Below are positions 40,316 through 51,891 of a stretch of DNA of 64,000 nt, one piece after another (position 1 is the first letter of the stretch; each line of letters begins with the position of its first letter). Source of the stretch: an uncultured Methylophilaceae bacterium (GTDB lineage Bacteria; Pseudomonadota; Gammaproteobacteria; Burkholderiales; Methylophilaceae). The stretch covers positions 4,020 to 68,019 of the forward strand of contig CAYNLW010000003.1 in assembly GCA_964398195.1 (NCBI GenBank). The letters are read 5' to 3'. The notes below the pieces were generated by a model, which worked only from the letters and a program-made list of their open reading frames with translations, ran no database searches and was not told the origin of the DNA. A program made the position numbers and the translations under genes.

Positions 40316-40928
40316 TGACCACCATAGGATTAAATTTGAGTGCTTGTAACTTGGCTATCGCCGCATCAGCTTCAGTCTTGCTGGCATAAGGTCCAACCCG
40401 AATGCGCGTCTTGCCGTTGGGATATTGGTTAATCGCCACCTTAAAGCCATTGCTTTCTAGCTTGGATTGCAATTGCTTAACATTGGCGCTATCGGAGAAA
40501 ACTCCGACTTGTAGCATCAATCCGCTAGTAGCTTTTTTGTCTTTGCCGCTATCAGCGCTATTGGCCGCCACAGCAGGCTTTTCTTCTGCGACGGGCGCAG
40601 CTTCTGCTGGAGGATTGTTGGCGGTATTGCTGGTATTAGCTGTGCTAGCAGCGCTGCTAGTATCGCTACTGGCCGCGCTGTTATCAGATGTAGTGGGGTT
40701 ATTGGCTGGCGCGTTGGCCTCTGTGCTAGTGCCTTGTTCAGCGGGTATGGTAATCACTAGGTCTTGATGGGGGTCTTGCGGATGCTTGTCTTCCAGCAAC
40801 ATAGGTAAAAATACGATAAGCAAAATCACTAAGGCAATAGAACCGACTAACCTTCTGCGTGCTCGCTTGCTTAACTCGATTTCTTGATAATCCGCCTGAG
40901 AATTCTCTTGTGCCATTATTGTCCCCAT
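40308..40928 (-). CDS. SPOR-domain cell-division protein (DedD-like)
   Basis: N-terminal TM anchor, a low-complexity Ala/Ser/Thr/Asn linker and a C-terminal SPOR domain (LMLQVGVFSDSANVKQL...RIRVGPYASKTEADAAIAKL). Start at 40928 or 40916. Confidence 0.7.
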   Translation of the reverse strand: MGTIMAQENSQADYQEIELSKRARRRLVGSIALVILLIVFLPMLLEDKHPQDPHQDLVITIPAEQGTSTEANAPANNPTTSDNSAASSDTSSAASTANTSNTANNPPAEAAPVAEEKPAVAANSADSGKDKKATSGLMLQVGVFSDSANVKQLQSKLESNGFKVAINQYPNGKTRIRVGPYASKTEADAAIAKLQALKFNPMVVND

Positions 40929-42203
40929 TTAATCGAGCAGAATGCGCATAATCGCTGCGACTGTAAAGAATGATCCAAACACGATTATTCTATCATTTTC
41001 AGCCGCCTGCTTGTAAGCCTGTTGGAAGGCAATTGCAATATTTTGATGAGGCTGTATGGCCTCAATCTGTGCCGCTTGCAGCGCTTGCAATAATTCCTGC
41101 TGAGTTGCGGCACGCGCGTGCTGTAGTGCGGCAATATGCCAACTATCCATGTACGGGCGCAGAATTGCCACCACTTGCGCGATATCTTTATCCGCCAACA
41201 TGGCCATCACCGCAATGGTCTTGCCTGTTACAGCGGTCTCCTGCAAATTGCTGGCAAGCGCTTTGGCTGCGTGAGGGTTGTGCGCCACATCGACAATCAC
41301 TTGCGGCCGCTCGCGTAATACTTGAAAACGCCCTGCCAACACAATATTAGGCAAACTTTGTGCAATCACCTGCGGCTGTATAGGCAAGCTTGTTTGCATC
41401 ACTTGTAAGGCCATCAACACTGCGCTGGCATTATCCAATTGAAATTGGCCTTTTAGTGACGGCATAGGCAAATCATCAAAGCCCCCTAGCACACTGCTGA
41501 AATGCCAATGCTGACCTTGCGTTTGATAGCTAAACTGATGGTCGATCAGATATAACTGACTGGATAATTCGGCGGCATAATTCAACAGCGATTGCGGTGG
41601 CTGGTGGTCGGCACAAATGGCTGGTTTGTGCGCACGAAAGATACCGGCTTTTTCGCGTCCTATGGCCTCACGGGTATCGCCCAAATATTCCATATGGTCC
41701 AAATCAATACTGGTGACAATACTGCAATCTGGCTCAAATATATTCACCGCATCTAAGCGCCCGCCCATACCGATTTCCAGCACGGCCACATCGACTTGTT
41801 GTTGCTGAAAATGCCACATCGCCGCCAGCGTGCCAAATTCAAAATAAGTCAGTGGCGTATCAAGGCGCGCCTGCTCGACAGCAGTAAAAGCGGCACAGGC
41901 ATCAGCTGCTGAAATCATTTGTTGATTAATGCGAATACGCTCTTGATAGCTGATTAAATGTGGCGAGCTATAACACCCCACGCGATAACCAGCGGCTTGG
42001 TAGATTTGCGCCAGCATGGCACAAGTCGAGCCTTTGCCGTTGGTGCCGGCCACAGTAATGATGGGAAACTGACTAGATAAGGCCAAGCGTTGGGCCACTG
42101 CACTGACGCGTTGTAGTCCTAGCTCTATATCCTTGCTGTGTAATGCCTCGATATATTCAAGCCATGCATCGAGAGAGGTGGGAAGTGTCGTTGCAGGGTT
42201 CAA
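40929..42203 (-). CDS. folC: Bifunctional folylpolyglutamate synthase / dihydrofolate synthase
   Basis: P-loop VAGTNGKGST. Mur-ligase-like layout. Confidence 0.9.
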   Translation of the reverse strand: MNPATTLPTSLDAWLEYIEALHSKDIELGLQRVSAVAQRLALSSQFPIITVAGTNGKGSTCAMLAQIYQAAGYRVGCYSSPHLISYQERIRINQQMISAADACAAFTAVEQARLDTPLTYFEFGTLAAMWHFQQQQVDVAVLEIGMGGRLDAVNIFEPDCSIVTSIDLDHMEYLGDTREAIGREKAGIFRAHKPAICADHQPPQSLLNYAAELSSQLYLIDHQFSYQTQGQHWHFSSVLGGFDDLPMPSLKGQFQLDNASAVLMALQVMQTSLPIQPQVIAQSLPNIVLAGRFQVLRERPQVIVDVAHNPHAAKALASNLQETAVTGKTIAVMAMLADKDIAQVVAILRPYMDSWHIAALQHARAATQQELLQALQAAQIEAIQPHQNIAIAFQQAYKQAAENDRIIVFGSFFTVAAIMRILLD

Positions 42204-42222
42204 TTGTGAATTCTGTGATCAC

Positions 42223-43107
42223 TTAACTAGCTTGCGCTGGCTTGCTGGGTGCGGCTTGCTTCATCATGGCAGTGATTAAACCGGATAAGCGATCACGCAT
42301 CTCACGTCTATCGATAATCATATCCACTGCGCCATGCTCTAGCAGAAACTCTGCTCTTTGGAAGCCCTCGGGCAAGGTTTCACGCACGGTTTGCTCTATC
42401 ACACGCGGGCCAGCAAAACCAATCAAGGCTTGCGGTTCTGCCACAATCACATCGCCCAACATGGCAAAACTAGCGGAAACACCGCCCATGGTCGGGTCGG
42501 TTAACACTGAAATAAAAGGCAATTTTGCTTCGCTTAATTTGGTTAAAGCGGCGCTGGTTTTGGCCATTTGCATTAATGAGAACAAGCCCTCTTGCATACG
42601 CGCCCCACCACTGGCGGAAATACAGATAAAAGCAGATTTGCTTTTGATGGCGGTTTGCACACCGCGCACAAAGCGTTCGCCCACCACAGAGCCCATAGAG
42701 CCGCCCATAAACTTAAATTCAAATACCGCCACCACCACAGGCACGGCATGGATACAGCCTTGCATCACGATAAGCGCATCTTTTTCGCCGACTTCGGATT
42801 GCGCGGCTTTAACGCGATCAACGTATTGTTTGCTGTCTTTAAATTTTAATGGGTCAACCGGCTCAACATCAGCGCCAATTTCCTTGCGGCCTTTTTCGTC
42901 CAGCAAAAGATTTAAGCGGTCGCGCGCGGCAATGCGGCTGTGATAGGCACATTTAGGACAGACTTCAGCATTCGCTTCTAAGTCGGTGCGATACAGCACT
43001 GCCTCACATTTGGGGCATTTGCTCCATAAGCCTTCCGGCACGTTTTTCTTGCTAGGTCCTGCTGAGCGTTTAATTTTGGGGGGAAGAATTTTTTCTAACC
43101 AACTCAT
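42223..43107 (-). CDS. accD: Acetyl-CoA carboxylase carboxyltransferase beta subunit
   Basis: N-terminal zinc ribbon [23 protein letters not shown], plus GGSMG and GGARMQEG. Confidence 0.93.
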   Translation of the reverse strand: MSWLEKILPPKIKRSAGPSKKNVPEGLWSKCPKCEAVLYRTDLEANAEVCPKCAYHSRIAARDRLNLLLDEKGRKEIGADVEPVDPLKFKDSKQYVDRVKAAQSEVGEKDALIVMQGCIHAVPVVVAVFEFKFMGGSMGSVVGERFVRGVQTAIKSKSAFICISASGGARMQEGLFSLMQMAKTSAALTKLSEAKLPFISVLTDPTMGGVSASFAMLGDVIVAEPQALIGFAGPRVIEQTVRETLPEGFQRAEFLLEHGAVDMIIDRREMRDRLSGLITAMMKQAAPSKPAQAS

Positions 43108-43126
43108 GCCGTTCTCCTTTGCCTGC

Positions 43127-43924
43127 TTAGGCGTCGATTGCCTGACGCAGCGAACGTGTCAGTTGTGTGGTATTCGCTACTACATTATCCACTGTGGATT
43201 GTTCTATCTCTTGCACCATACGGCTGCCCACCACGACTGCATCGGCAAACCCCGCGACTGCACTGGCGGTAGCTGCATCGCGCACACCGAAGCCCACTCC
43301 TATCGGCAAGCCTGTCATGGCACGAATTTCTGCCACGCGGTGTTGTACTTCAGAAACGTCCATATTCTTGGCGCCAGTCACGCCTTTTAGCGAGACATAA
43401 TAAACAAAGCCGCTGGCTTGCTGCACGATTAATTTGACGCGATTAGCGTCTGTGGTAGGTGACAGCAAAAATACTGGATCGATATCATGCGCCTTCAGCT
43501 GGGCAGTAAATTGCTCGCATTCTTCCGGTGGATAATCCACTGTTAACACGCCATCGACATCGGCTTGTTTGGCTAAATCAGCAAATTTCTGCGTGCCCAT
43601 GGCTTCGATAGGATTGGCATAGCCCATCAGCACTATCGGGGTCTTGCTGTCTTGTTGACGGAATTGTTGCACCATGGCTAACACATCACGCAAACCCACT
43701 TTATGCGCCAAGGCGCGTTCGCTAGCGCGCTGTATCACCGGACCATCGGCCATCGGGTCAGAAAATGGCACGCCTAGTTCAATAATATCCGCACCCGCTT
43801 GCACCAAGCCATGCATGATGGCGACGGTTTTGTCGGGATGCGGATCACCTGCGGTAATGTAAGGAATCAAGGCTTTTTTGTGTTGCTGCGCCAATTGCGC
43901 AAAGGTTGTGCTCAGTCTAGACAT
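43127..43924 (-). CDS. trpA: Tryptophan synthase alpha chain
   Basis: [28 protein letters not shown] and GFVYYVS. Start at ATG 43924. The longer ORF to 43981 would overlap trpB. Confidence 0.92.
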   Translation of the reverse strand: MSRLSTTFAQLAQQHKKALIPYITAGDPHPDKTVAIMHGLVQAGADIIELGVPFSDPMADGPVIQRASERALAHKVGLRDVLAMVQQFRQQDSKTPIVLMGYANPIEAMGTQKFADLAKQADVDGVLTVDYPPEECEQFTAQLKAHDIDPVFLLSPTTDANRVKLIVQQASGFVYYVSLKGVTGAKNMDVSEVQHRVAEIRAMTGLPIGVGFGVRDAATASAVAGFADAVVVGSRMVQEIEQSTVDNVVANTTQLTRSLRQAIDA

Positions 43925-43931
43925 AGATAAT

Positions 43932-45134
43932 TTAAAGTTTAATTCCAGATAAATTGGCCACGGTATTGATATCTTTATCACCGCGACCAGACAGATTGAC
44001 TAACAGAATTTCAGAAGGCTTCATGGTTTTTGCCAGCTTCTCGGCATATGCCAAGGCGTGGCTGGATTCTAGCGCAGGAATAATACCTTCGGTCACGCAT
44101 AATTGATGGAAAGCTTGCATCGCTTCGTCATCGGTCACCGCCACATATTCAGCGAGTTGGCTATCCTTCAACCAAGCATGTTCTGGGCCTACACCGGGAT
44201 AATCTAAGCCAGCAGAAATAGAGTGGGTTTCGATAATTTGCCCATCAGCGTCTTGCATCAAATAAGTACGATTGCCGTGCAATACGCCTATCGCGCTATT
44301 GCTGGTCAGTGGCGCTGCGTGCATACCTGATTCTATGCCGTGACCGGCCGCTTCCACGCCTATCAATCTGACATTAGGCACATCGATATAAGGATAGAAA
44401 ATGCCCATGGCATTAGAACCGCCGCCTACACAAGCGATTACGGCATCTGGCTGGCGACCAACGATTTCTTGCATTTGAATTTTCGCTTCCACGCCTATCA
44501 CCGCTTGGAAATCACGCACCATCATAGGATAGGGATGCGGGCCTGCCACTGTGCCGATAATATAAAAAGTGTTTTCGATATTGGTCACCCAATCGCGCAT
44601 GGCTTCATTAAGCGCGTCTTTCAGGGTTTTAGAGCCGCTTTCCACAGGCACCACAGTGGCGCCCAATAGCTTCATACGATAGACATTAGGCGCTTGCCGT
44701 TTAACGTCTTCCGAGCCCATATACACCACGCACTCTAAGCCCATACGCGCCGCGATGGTGGCGGTAGCTACGCCATGCTGGCCAGCGCCGGTTTCTGCGA
44801 TGACTCTAGGTTTGCCCATGCGTTTGGCTAATAGCGCTTGACCCACAGTGTTATTCACTTTGTGCGCGCCGGTATGGTTTAAGTCTTCGCGTTTCAGATA
44901 GATTTGTGCCCCGCCCACGCGGTCTGACCAACGCTTAGCGTGATAAATCGGGCTTGGTCTGCCGACAAAATGTTTTAAGTCATGGGCAAATTCCGCTAAA
45001 AACTCAGCGTCAAAGCGATATTTTTCATACATCACGCGCAGTTCTTCTAGCGCTTCGACCAAAGTCTCTGCGACGAAAATACCGCCAAAAGGCCCGAAAT
45101 GACCACGATCATCCGGCATATCATAGGGTTGCAT
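43932..45134 (-). CDS. trpB: Tryptophan synthase beta chain
   Basis: GHFGPFGG and the PLP-lysine motif [11 protein letters not shown]. Start at ATG 45134, preceded by a perfect AAGGAG. The longer ORF to 45221 is rejected. Confidence 0.95.
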   Translation of the reverse strand: MQPYDMPDDRGHFGPFGGIFVAETLVEALEELRVMYEKYRFDAEFLAEFAHDLKHFVGRPSPIYHAKRWSDRVGGAQIYLKREDLNHTGAHKVNNTVGQALLAKRMGKPRVIAETGAGQHGVATATIAARMGLECVVYMGSEDVKRQAPNVYRMKLLGATVVPVESGSKTLKDALNEAMRDWVTNIENTFYIIGTVAGPHPYPMMVRDFQAVIGVEAKIQMQEIVGRQPDAVIACVGGGSNAMGIFYPYIDVPNVRLIGVEAAGHGIESGMHAAPLTSNSAIGVLHGNRTYLMQDADGQIIETHSISAGLDYPGVGPEHAWLKDSQLAEYVAVTDDEAMQAFHQLCVTEGIIPALESSHALAYAEKLAKTMKPSEILLVNLSGRGDKDINTVANLSGIKL

Positions 45135-45744
45135 TGCTAACTCCTTGCATAAAAGCAGCCATTTTGTGTTTGCATTTGATTCCTTTGCTCTGCTCAACCC
45201 CGCCACTGACGTCCACCGCATAAGGTTTAACGCTATGGATAGCTAGGCGGATATTATCGGCATCTAGCCCGCCAGCCAAAATAATCGGCTTGGCTAAATC
45301 GCTAGGAATCAAATCCCAATCGAATTTCTGTCCAGTTCCACCCGGCACACCCTCAACATAAGCATCTAGCAATAGCGCGCGGGCAGATTGAAACTGATTT
45401 ACATATTGTAACAAATTTGCCCCGTCATGAACGCGAATTGCCTTGATATAGGGCAAATTAAACTGTTGGCAAAATTCAGCCGTTTCATTGCCATGAAACT
45501 GCAATAGTTGTAACGGCACTTGTGTAATCACTTCACGCACTTGCTCAGCAGTGGCATCGACAAATAAACCCACGCAAGTGACAAAAGCCGGCACCGCTTG
45601 GGCGATTTGGCTGGCTTGGGCGATGCTGACATGGCGCGGGCTGGCGGCATAAAACACCAAACCCAAAGCGTCTGCACCAGCGGCGACCGCGTTAAGTGCA
45701 TCGTTGACATTGGTGATACCACAGATTTTGACTCGAGTTCGCAA
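45121..45744 (-). CDS. trpF: Phosphoribosylanthranilate isomerase
   Basis: VKICGIT at the N-terminus. 207 aa. Apparent TTG start. The 3' end overlaps the trpB start by 14 nt. Confidence 0.88.
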   Translation of the reverse strand: MRTRVKICGITNVNDALNAVAAGADALGLVFYAASPRHVSIAQASQIAQAVPAFVTCVGLFVDATAEQVREVITQVPLQLLQFHGNETAEFCQQFNLPYIKAIRVHDGANLLQYVNQFQSARALLLDAYVEGVPGGTGQKFDWDLIPSDLAKPIILAGGLDADNIRLAIHSVKPYAVDVSGGVEQSKGIKCKHKMAAFMQGVSNATL

Positions 45745-45793
45745 GGCTGCTCGCAGGGCTAGGGCTGAAGAAAGACGCTTATTTTAATGAATT

Positions 45794-46579
45794 TCAAGCG
45801 ATTAGTAACGCGATATTCGTCAAACTAGCCGGCAACTGCCACTGCTCGGCATAGCTGACACCGGTCAGATATAAGCCATCTCCGCTAAAGGTGGGCGGCG
45901 CTAAACGGCGGTCTTTTTGCTGCAATAAATCGGCTATCGCGCTAGGCGCTAATCGTCCGTTACCGACATACACCAAAGCGCCCACCATATTGCGCACTTG
46001 GTGATGCAAAAATCCGCTGGCGCTAAAGCTAAATAAAAAATAATCGCCAAAGCGCTGCAAATCAGCTTTTAACATGGTCTTGACCGGGCTAGGCGCTTGG
46101 CATTCAGAAGCGCGAAACGCGCTAAAGTCATGCTGGCCGATGAAATACTGTATGCCTTGCTGCATGGCGGCAAAGTCTAATGGCAAGTGATACCAACTGA
46201 CTTTATGTGAGCGCACAGCGGAAGCGACGCGGCGATTGAATAATAAAAATTGATAATGTCTGGCCAGCGCACTATGTCGCGCATGGAATTGCTCTGCCAC
46301 GGCACGCGCCCACACAATGCGTATGCTATCTGGCAAATGGCTATTGCAACCACGCACCCAAGCGTCTAAGGGGCGCTGGCTATGGGTATCAAAATGCGCC
46401 ACTTGCATCAGTGCGTGCACCCCGCTATCCGTGCGGCCAGTCGCCGTCACCTGCACAGGGTGTTGGGCGATATGCGATAAAGCCGCCTGCACGTGATCTT
46501 GCACGGTATTGCCATTGGGCTGTGATTGCCAGCCTAGATAAGGCGTGCCGTCGTATTCTATGCCTATGGCGATGCGCAT
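45794..46579 (-). CDS. truA: tRNA pseudouridine(38-40) synthase
   Basis: MRIAIGIEYDGT..GWQ and the catalytic GRTDSGVHA. Start at ATG 46579, overlapping the upstream stop (TAATG). Confidence 0.9.
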   Translation of the reverse strand: MRIAIGIEYDGTPYLGWQSQPNGNTVQDHVQAALSHIAQHPVQVTATGRTDSGVHALMQVAHFDTHSQRPLDAWVRGCNSHLPDSIRIVWARAVAEQFHARHSALARHYQFLLFNRRVASAVRSHKVSWYHLPLDFAAMQQGIQYFIGQHDFSAFRASECQAPSPVKTMLKADLQRFGDYFLFSFSASGFLHHQVRNMVGALVYVGNGRLAPSAIADLLQQKDRRLAPPTFSGDGLYLTGVSYAEQWQLPASLTNIALLIA

Positions 46580-47229
46580 TATTTCACCCACAGCAACAAT
46601 AAGCTGCTTAACATCAAAGCAATAATCACATAATCCAAGCCTGTCAAACTGGGCAAGGCGATTTTGATCGCCGCCTGTGTTGTTGGCGCGCGTGGCGCTT
46701 GTTGGCTATGCAGAAACTGATCTAATAGATTGGCTTTTAGCTTGGCTTTGCCGGTCTTGCCAGCCCTAAGCCCTGCTGCTTGGTGCTGCTCAATATAGTC
46801 TATGGTCAGCCATAGTCGTGTCGCCAATCGCTCTGGCGATAAGCCGAATAAACGCAGTGGTTGGCTGATACAGTAAAATGCGCTTAGCAATTGCTTGCGA
46901 CTAAGGGCGCTGGTCATCAGCGCGATAAGTAATAACATCAGGCTTAAGCGCGCTATCTGCAAGCCACCTTGATACAGTCCTTGATAGGTAATATGCAACT
47001 GCGCCGGCAAACTCAGCATAATTTCACCGGGGGTATTAAACGCCATAATCAACACGATACTGACCCACACCAGCAACATACGCTTAAAAATGCGCCACCA
47101 AAATTGCCAGCCGCTGGCATTCAAACCAAAGGCAATCACGGCGGCATATGCAGCGATGGCGATAGGCGGCAATCTATGCATCAGCACAGCCATCAAGATA
47201 ATCAGCAGTAGGTAAATAATAGGATGCAT
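46579..47229 (-). CDS. Polytopic membrane protein resembling the EcfT/CbiQ transmembrane component of ECF transporters
   Basis: Five or six hydrophobic helices. The pattern ITYQGLYQGGLQIARLSLMLLLIALMTS...QLLSAFYCISQPLRLFGLSPERLA resembles the T-x-EGL...R...TT-P-x-L...P core of CbiQ-family proteins, judged from memory. Start at ATG 47229 or TTG 47253. Confidence 0.45.
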   Translation of the reverse strand: MHPIIYLLLIILMAVLMHRLPPIAIAAYAAVIAFGLNASGWQFWWRIFKRMLLVWVSIVLIMAFNTPGEIMLSLPAQLHITYQGLYQGGLQIARLSLMLLLIALMTSALSRKQLLSAFYCISQPLRLFGLSPERLATRLWLTIDYIEQHQAAGLRAGKTGKAKLKANLLDQFLHSQQAPRAPTTQAAIKIALPSLTGLDYVIIALMLSSLLLLWVK

Positions 47230-47253
47230 AGCGCGCTTCTGTTGGGGCGCCAA

Positions 47254-48990
47254 CTATTCACTAGAGATTTTTTTCAGCAAGCGTTTGGCACGTGCCTGTT
47301 GCTTGGCATCACCTTGCTGAATAATTTGTTGCAGCAGTTGCTCGGCCTTAGCCAACTCGCCCATATCCATATAACTCGCTACCAAATCAAACTGCGTATC
47401 TATGGTCGTGCTGACTTTGGTCGTGCTGGCTTTGGCTGCGCCAACATTAGCTTGTGCTCGAACACTTTTTTGCTCTTGCGCTTGGTCGGATAAGCTCAGG
47501 TCTATGCCTTGTAAAATTTGCGCAGTTTTTTCTAATACCGCTTGTACATCTAGCGCGGTTTGTAGCGACGGCATATCGCCTTGGCTAACCCTGCTGGCGG
47601 GGCTGCTGGCAGGCAGCTCGGCATTGCTCGCGCTAGCCGTGCTGGCAGCTTGTTCAGACTGGCTAGTAGTCTGATGACTTTGCGCAGTAGCGGACACTTC
47701 TCGCATCTGTTGCGCCACGGCTTGCAAGCGTTTTTCTGCGCGGCGCTGGCTAAATGCTTGCCCGCCTAGCACCAAGCCCAGCAACAAGGCCAATATCAGC
47801 AACAATACCGCCCAAGCGTTTTGCCCTAGCCATGTATTCAGCTTGTCCCACCAAGGGCGCTGCAATTCTATTTGCGCTAGCGCTTTTTCGCGCATCAATA
47901 ACAAATTCTGCATCTGTTGGATTTGCTTTTCTAACTCGGCAGTTTTCTGATTCGCCTCACGGATACTCACTTCGTGCGCTGCCAATTCATCGCGCAAGGC
48001 ATTGATTTCTTCCTGCACAGTCAAGCCTTGCACGCGGCTATTGGCGCCAGCAGCATTGGAAAGTTTGACTATATCGCGGGCATTAGCATCGCGGCTATCG
48101 GCGGGGGCTGTGTTGGCTGCATTAGGAGTATGGCCAGTTGAATCTTGCTTAGCCTCGCTAGCAAAGTCAGCTGCCACATCTTGCCCGCTCTTATCTTGCG
48201 CATTCTTTTCTTGCGCGCTGCTGAGTTGTCGATATTCTCTGGATAAGGCGGCTTGCGATTGCAATTGCTGGCGCGCTGTTTCTGCGTCTATCGCCTGCCA
48301 CTCAGTAGGGCTGGGGATTTGCAGCACACTGCCTTGTTTAAGCAACTGCATATTGCCTTGGATAAACGCTTGCGGATTGCGTTGCAACACCGCCAGCATA
48401 AATTGATTCATATCCGCCTCGGCGATTCCTAATTGGCGCGCCACATTCATCAGCGTCTCATCGGCCGATACTTGATATTTCTGCGCTGTATCCGTCTGCT
48501 CGCCCACTGGCGCATCAGCCTGCGACTGCGGATCTGCTAAGGGCGCGGAGGCGACGCTAGGTAATTGTGTGGCTGCTGGCGCGTCTAAGATGATGGTAAA
48601 AGGCACTAATTGTGGCGCTTGTTCGGCTTGGCTAATGGCCAATACCAAAGGCAGCGTGGCTTGCGGCATCAGTTGGGGTGATTGCAAGGTTAATAGCGCG
48701 TTTTGCGGTGTTTTGCCAGCTTGCAAGCTGCATTGAATCGCATCGGCAAAACTAGGCTTGCTTAAATTGAAACTAGAAAATTGATCTGGGCTAGCTATCT
48801 GACAGCGTAATTGCGACAGCTGCTCATCAGCTGCCAAGCGCACTTGCATACTGATATGCAGCGCTTGTTGCGTATCGCTACGCGATACGATGGCGCCCAA
48901 CTGCAGCGCCTGCGCCGACTGCCCAGCCAAAAAACTGGCTAATCCTAAGATTAGCCAAAAGATTTTTTGAGGGTTGGGCAAAATTTGCAT
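47254..48990 (-). CDS. fimV: FimV-like peptidoglycan-binding (LysM-type) membrane protein
   Basis: Signal peptide, a LysM-like YQVSADETLMNVARQLGI.. segment, a coiled-coil, a central TM segment, and the FimV C-terminal motif DLVASYMDMGELAKAEQLLQQII. It lies in the asd-fimV-truA context. Confidence 0.75.
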   Translation of the reverse strand: MQILPNPQKIFWLILGLASFLAGQSAQALQLGAIVSRSDTQQALHISMQVRLAADEQLSQLRCQIASPDQFSSFNLSKPSFADAIQCSLQAGKTPQNALLTLQSPQLMPQATLPLVLAISQAEQAPQLVPFTIILDAPAATQLPSVASAPLADPQSQADAPVGEQTDTAQKYQVSADETLMNVARQLGIAEADMNQFMLAVLQRNPQAFIQGNMQLLKQGSVLQIPSPTEWQAIDAETARQQLQSQAALSREYRQLSSAQEKNAQDKSGQDVAADFASEAKQDSTGHTPNAANTAPADSRDANARDIVKLSNAAGANSRVQGLTVQEEINALRDELAAHEVSIREANQKTAELEKQIQQMQNLLLMREKALAQIELQRPWWDKLNTWLGQNAWAVLLLILALLLGLVLGGQAFSQRRAEKRLQAVAQQMREVSATAQSHQTTSQSEQAASTASASNAELPASSPASRVSQGDMPSLQTALDVQAVLEKTAQILQGIDLSLSDQAQEQKSVRAQANVGAAKASTTKVSTTIDTQFDLVASYMDMGELAKAEQLLQQIIQQGDAKQQARAKRLLKKISSE

Positions 48991-49002
48991 ATCTGCCGCG
49001 CT

Positions 49003-50121
49003 TTAACGATTAACCAAAATCATTAACATACGCCGTAATGGCTCTGCCGCGCCCCATAACAGCTGGTCGCCGACAGTAAAAGCGGATAGATATTCGCCAC
49101 CCATGCCCATTTTGCGTAAGCGCCCGACTGGGGTATTCAGTGTGCCGGTCACCGCAGTGGGGGTTAATTGCTGCATGCTGGCCTCGCGGGTATTAGCAAC
49201 CACCTGCGACCACGCATTGGCTTGTTGCAACATATCTTGGATTTCATCTAATGGCACATCGCGTTTTAGCTTGATCGTCAACGCCTGTGAATGGCAACGC
49301 ATGGCGCCTATGCGCACACACAAGCCGTCAATCACGATGGGGTTGGCTTGGCGACCAAGAATCTTGTTGGTTTCTACGCCACCCTTCCATTCTTCTTTGC
49401 TTTGCCCATTGTCTAGATCTTTGTCTATCCAAGGGATTAAGCTGCCTGCCAATGGCACGCCGAAATGCGCTGTGGCTAAGCCATCGCTACGCAGGGTTTG
49501 CGCCACTTGGCGATCGATTTGCAAAATAGCCGAAGCAGGGTCAGCTAATAAATCGGCCACGCTATGGTGAATTTGCCCCATTTGCTTCAATAGCTCGCGC
49601 ATATTCTGCGCACCAGCGCCAGAAGCCGCTTGATACGTCATAGAGCTAGCCCATTGCACCAAATCGGCTTTAAACAAGCCATGCAAAGCCATCAACATCA
49701 GCGATACCGTGCAGTTGCCGCCTATCCAATTATTGCCACCCTGCGCCAATGATTGCTCTATCACATGCAAATTCACTGGGTCTAGCACGATCACCGCATC
49801 ATCATTCATACGCAAAGTAGAAGCCGCATCTATCCAATGGCCTTTCCAGCCTGCGTTGCGCAATTGCGGATAAATCTCGCTGGTATAGTCGCCACCCTGA
49901 CAAGACAGCAACACATCCATCTTGGCTAAGGCGCTAATATCTTTGGCGTCTAATAAAGCCGGAGTCTCTTTGCCCACTTCGGGGCCTGCTGCGCCGATTT
50001 GTGAAGTGGTAAAGAATTGTGGATTGATATGGGCGAAATCATTTTCTTCGCGCATACGCTGCATCAACACCGAGCCCACCATTCCACGCCAGCCGATAAA
50101 CCCCACATTTAACATCGCCAT
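49003..50121 (-). CDS. asd: Aspartate-semialdehyde dehydrogenase
   Basis: [15 protein letters not shown] and the active-site [13 protein letters not shown]. Confidence 0.95.
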   Translation of the reverse strand: MAMLNVGFIGWRGMVGSVLMQRMREENDFAHINPQFFTTSQIGAAGPEVGKETPALLDAKDISALAKMDVLLSCQGGDYTSEIYPQLRNAGWKGHWIDAASTLRMNDDAVIVLDPVNLHVIEQSLAQGGNNWIGGNCTVSLMLMALHGLFKADLVQWASSMTYQAASGAGAQNMRELLKQMGQIHHSVADLLADPASAILQIDRQVAQTLRSDGLATAHFGVPLAGSLIPWIDKDLDNGQSKEEWKGGVETNKILGRQANPIVIDGLCVRIGAMRCHSQALTIKLKRDVPLDEIQDMLQQANAWSQVVANTREASMQQLTPTAVTGTLNTPVGRLRKMGMGGEYLSAFTVGDQLLWGAAEPLRRMLMILVNR

Positions 50122-50163
50122 TTTGCTTACCTTAATCTCGTTCTGAAGTATTGTATTGAAAGC

Positions 50164-51222
50164 TTATAAAGCCGCTACCACGGCGTCGCCCATCTCGCTA
50201 CATTTCACCTTGCGACAACCCTCGGTATAAATATCTGCCGTGCGATAACCCTGCGCCAAGGCCTGCTTGACTGCGTTTTCTATACGCAGCGCATTTTGCT
50301 CATCAGCAAAGGTATAACGCAACATCATGGCAGCAGACAAGATGGTGGCTAAGGGATTGGCGATATCTTGATTAGCGATATCCGGTGCAGAGCCGTGGCT
50401 AGGCTCATACATGCCCTTGTTATTGGCGTCTAACGAGGCCGACGGCAACATACCGATAGAGCCGGTCAGCATAGAGGCTTCGTCAGACAAAATATCACCA
50501 AAAATATTACCGGTAACCATCACATCAAACTGCTTGGGTTGACGAATCAATTGCATGGCCGCGTTATCCACATACATATGGCTAAGCTCCACTTGCGGAT
50601 ATTGTTGCGCCACTTCTATCATCACCTGACGCCATAATTCCGTGGTTTCGAGCACATTGGCCTTATCCACCGAACAGACTTTTTTATTGCGCTTCATGGC
50701 GATAGAAAACGCGACATGCGCGATACGGCGAATTTCTGCTTCGTTGTAACGCATGGTATTGATGCCCTCGCGCTGGCCATCGGCCAAGGTTGAGATGCCG
50801 CGTGGTTGGCCGAAATAGATATCACCAGTTAATTCGCGCACTATCATAATATCCAAGCCAGAAACGACTTCTGGCTTGAGCGTAGAGGCGCTGGCTAATT
50901 CCGGATAGAGCAATGCTGGGCGCAGATTGGCAAACAGATTAAGCGCTTTGCGTATGCGCAACAAGCCGCGTTCAGGGCGCTGTTCACGTGGCAAATTATC
51001 GTATTTCCAATCGCCTACCGCGCCTAATAACACCGCGTCGGATTGTTGCGCCAAGGCCAGTGTGGCATCAGGCAAAGGGTCGCCCGCGGCTTCATAACCG
51101 GCACCGCCTATGGGAGCGTGCTCAAGCTGCATAGGCAAATTCAGCGCGTTCAGCACTTTGACTGCCTGTGCAACGATTTCTGGGCCTATGCCATCACCGG
51201 GTAATACTGCAATTTTCATCAT
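50164..51222 (-). CDS. leuB: 3-isopropylmalate dehydrogenase
   Basis: [14 protein letters not shown] and [26 protein letters not shown]. Confidence 0.95.
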   Translation of the reverse strand: MMKIAVLPGDGIGPEIVAQAVKVLNALNLPMQLEHAPIGGAGYEAAGDPLPDATLALAQQSDAVLLGAVGDWKYDNLPREQRPERGLLRIRKALNLFANLRPALLYPELASASTLKPEVVSGLDIMIVRELTGDIYFGQPRGISTLADGQREGINTMRYNEAEIRRIAHVAFSIAMKRNKKVCSVDKANVLETTELWRQVMIEVAQQYPQVELSHMYVDNAAMQLIRQPKQFDVMVTGNIFGDILSDEASMLTGSIGMLPSASLDANNKGMYEPSHGSAPDIANQDIANPLATILSAAMMLRYTFADEQNALRIENAVKQALAQGYRTADIYTEGCRKVKCSEMGDAVVAAL

Positions 51223-51242
51223 GCGAATTCCTGCTTAAACAA

Positions 51243-51881
51243 TTAATTAAACAGCCAAGGCTGGGCTAAACGATGTTTTTCTTCAAAGGCGCGTATCTTG
51301 TCTTGCTGCTGCATAGTCAGGCCGATATCGTCCAGACCATTTAACAAACAATGCTTGCGGAAGGCATCGACATGAAAGCTAAATACCGTGCCAGTGGGGG
51401 TGCTGACTGTTTGCGCGGCTAAATCCACAGTCAGTTGATAGCCTTCATGCGCTTGCACTTCAGCGAATAATTGACTGACTTGCGACTCGCTTAACACGAT
51501 AGGCAACATGCCATTTTTAAAGCAATTATTAAAGAAAATATCGGCAAAACTAGGCGCGATAATCACTTTAAAGCCATAGTCTTGCAGCGCCCAAGGGGCG
51601 TGCTCACGGCTAGAGCCACAACCAAAGTTTTCACGCGCTAATAAAATACTGGCGCCTTGGTAACGCGGCAAATTCAGCACAAACTCAGGGTTGATAGCGC
51701 GTTGGCTATTGTCCATGCCGGGCTCGCCGTGGTCTAAATAACGCCATTCGTCAAACGCATTGGGGCCGAAACCGCTACGCTTAATCGACTTTAAAAATTG
51801 CTTGGGGATAATCGCATCGGTATCGACATTGGCGCGATCTAAAGGCACTGCCAAGCCGCTAAAAGTGGTAAACGCTTGCAT
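51243..51881 (-). CDS. leuD: 3-isopropylmalate dehydratase small subunit
   Basis: [13 protein letters not shown] and [13 protein letters not shown]. Start at ATG 51881. The longer ORF to 51914 overlaps leuC. Confidence 0.93.
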   Translation of the reverse strand: MQAFTTFSGLAVPLDRANVDTDAIIPKQFLKSIKRSGFGPNAFDEWRYLDHGEPGMDNSQRAINPEFVLNLPRYQGASILLARENFGCGSSREHAPWALQDYGFKVIIAPSFADIFFNNCFKNGMLPIVLSESQVSQLFAEVQAHEGYQLTVDLAAQTVSTPTGTVFSFHVDAFRKHCLLNGLDDIGLTMQQQDKIRAFEEKHRLAQPWLFN

Positions 51882-51891
51882 TTGCTTATTC

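Noticed and set aside
42242-42943. 233-aa ORF on the plus strand
   Set aside because: It lies entirely antisense to accD, whose zinc ribbon and carboxyltransferase motifs are unambiguous. Its translation is low-complexity (Ser/Thr/Ala/Pro rich) with no motif. It is a typical shadow ORF.
45135-45221. N-terminal extensions in the ORF track for trpB, trpA (to 43981), moaE (to 34462), ugd (to 33974), ppnP (to 54280), leuD (to 51914), truA (to 46591), glk (to 4943), rne (from 17060) and the kinase (to 62408)
   Set aside because: Each extension overlaps the upstream gene. Each has an internal ATG that matches the family N-terminus and, where visible, a proper SD (for example AAGGAG before trpB 45134).
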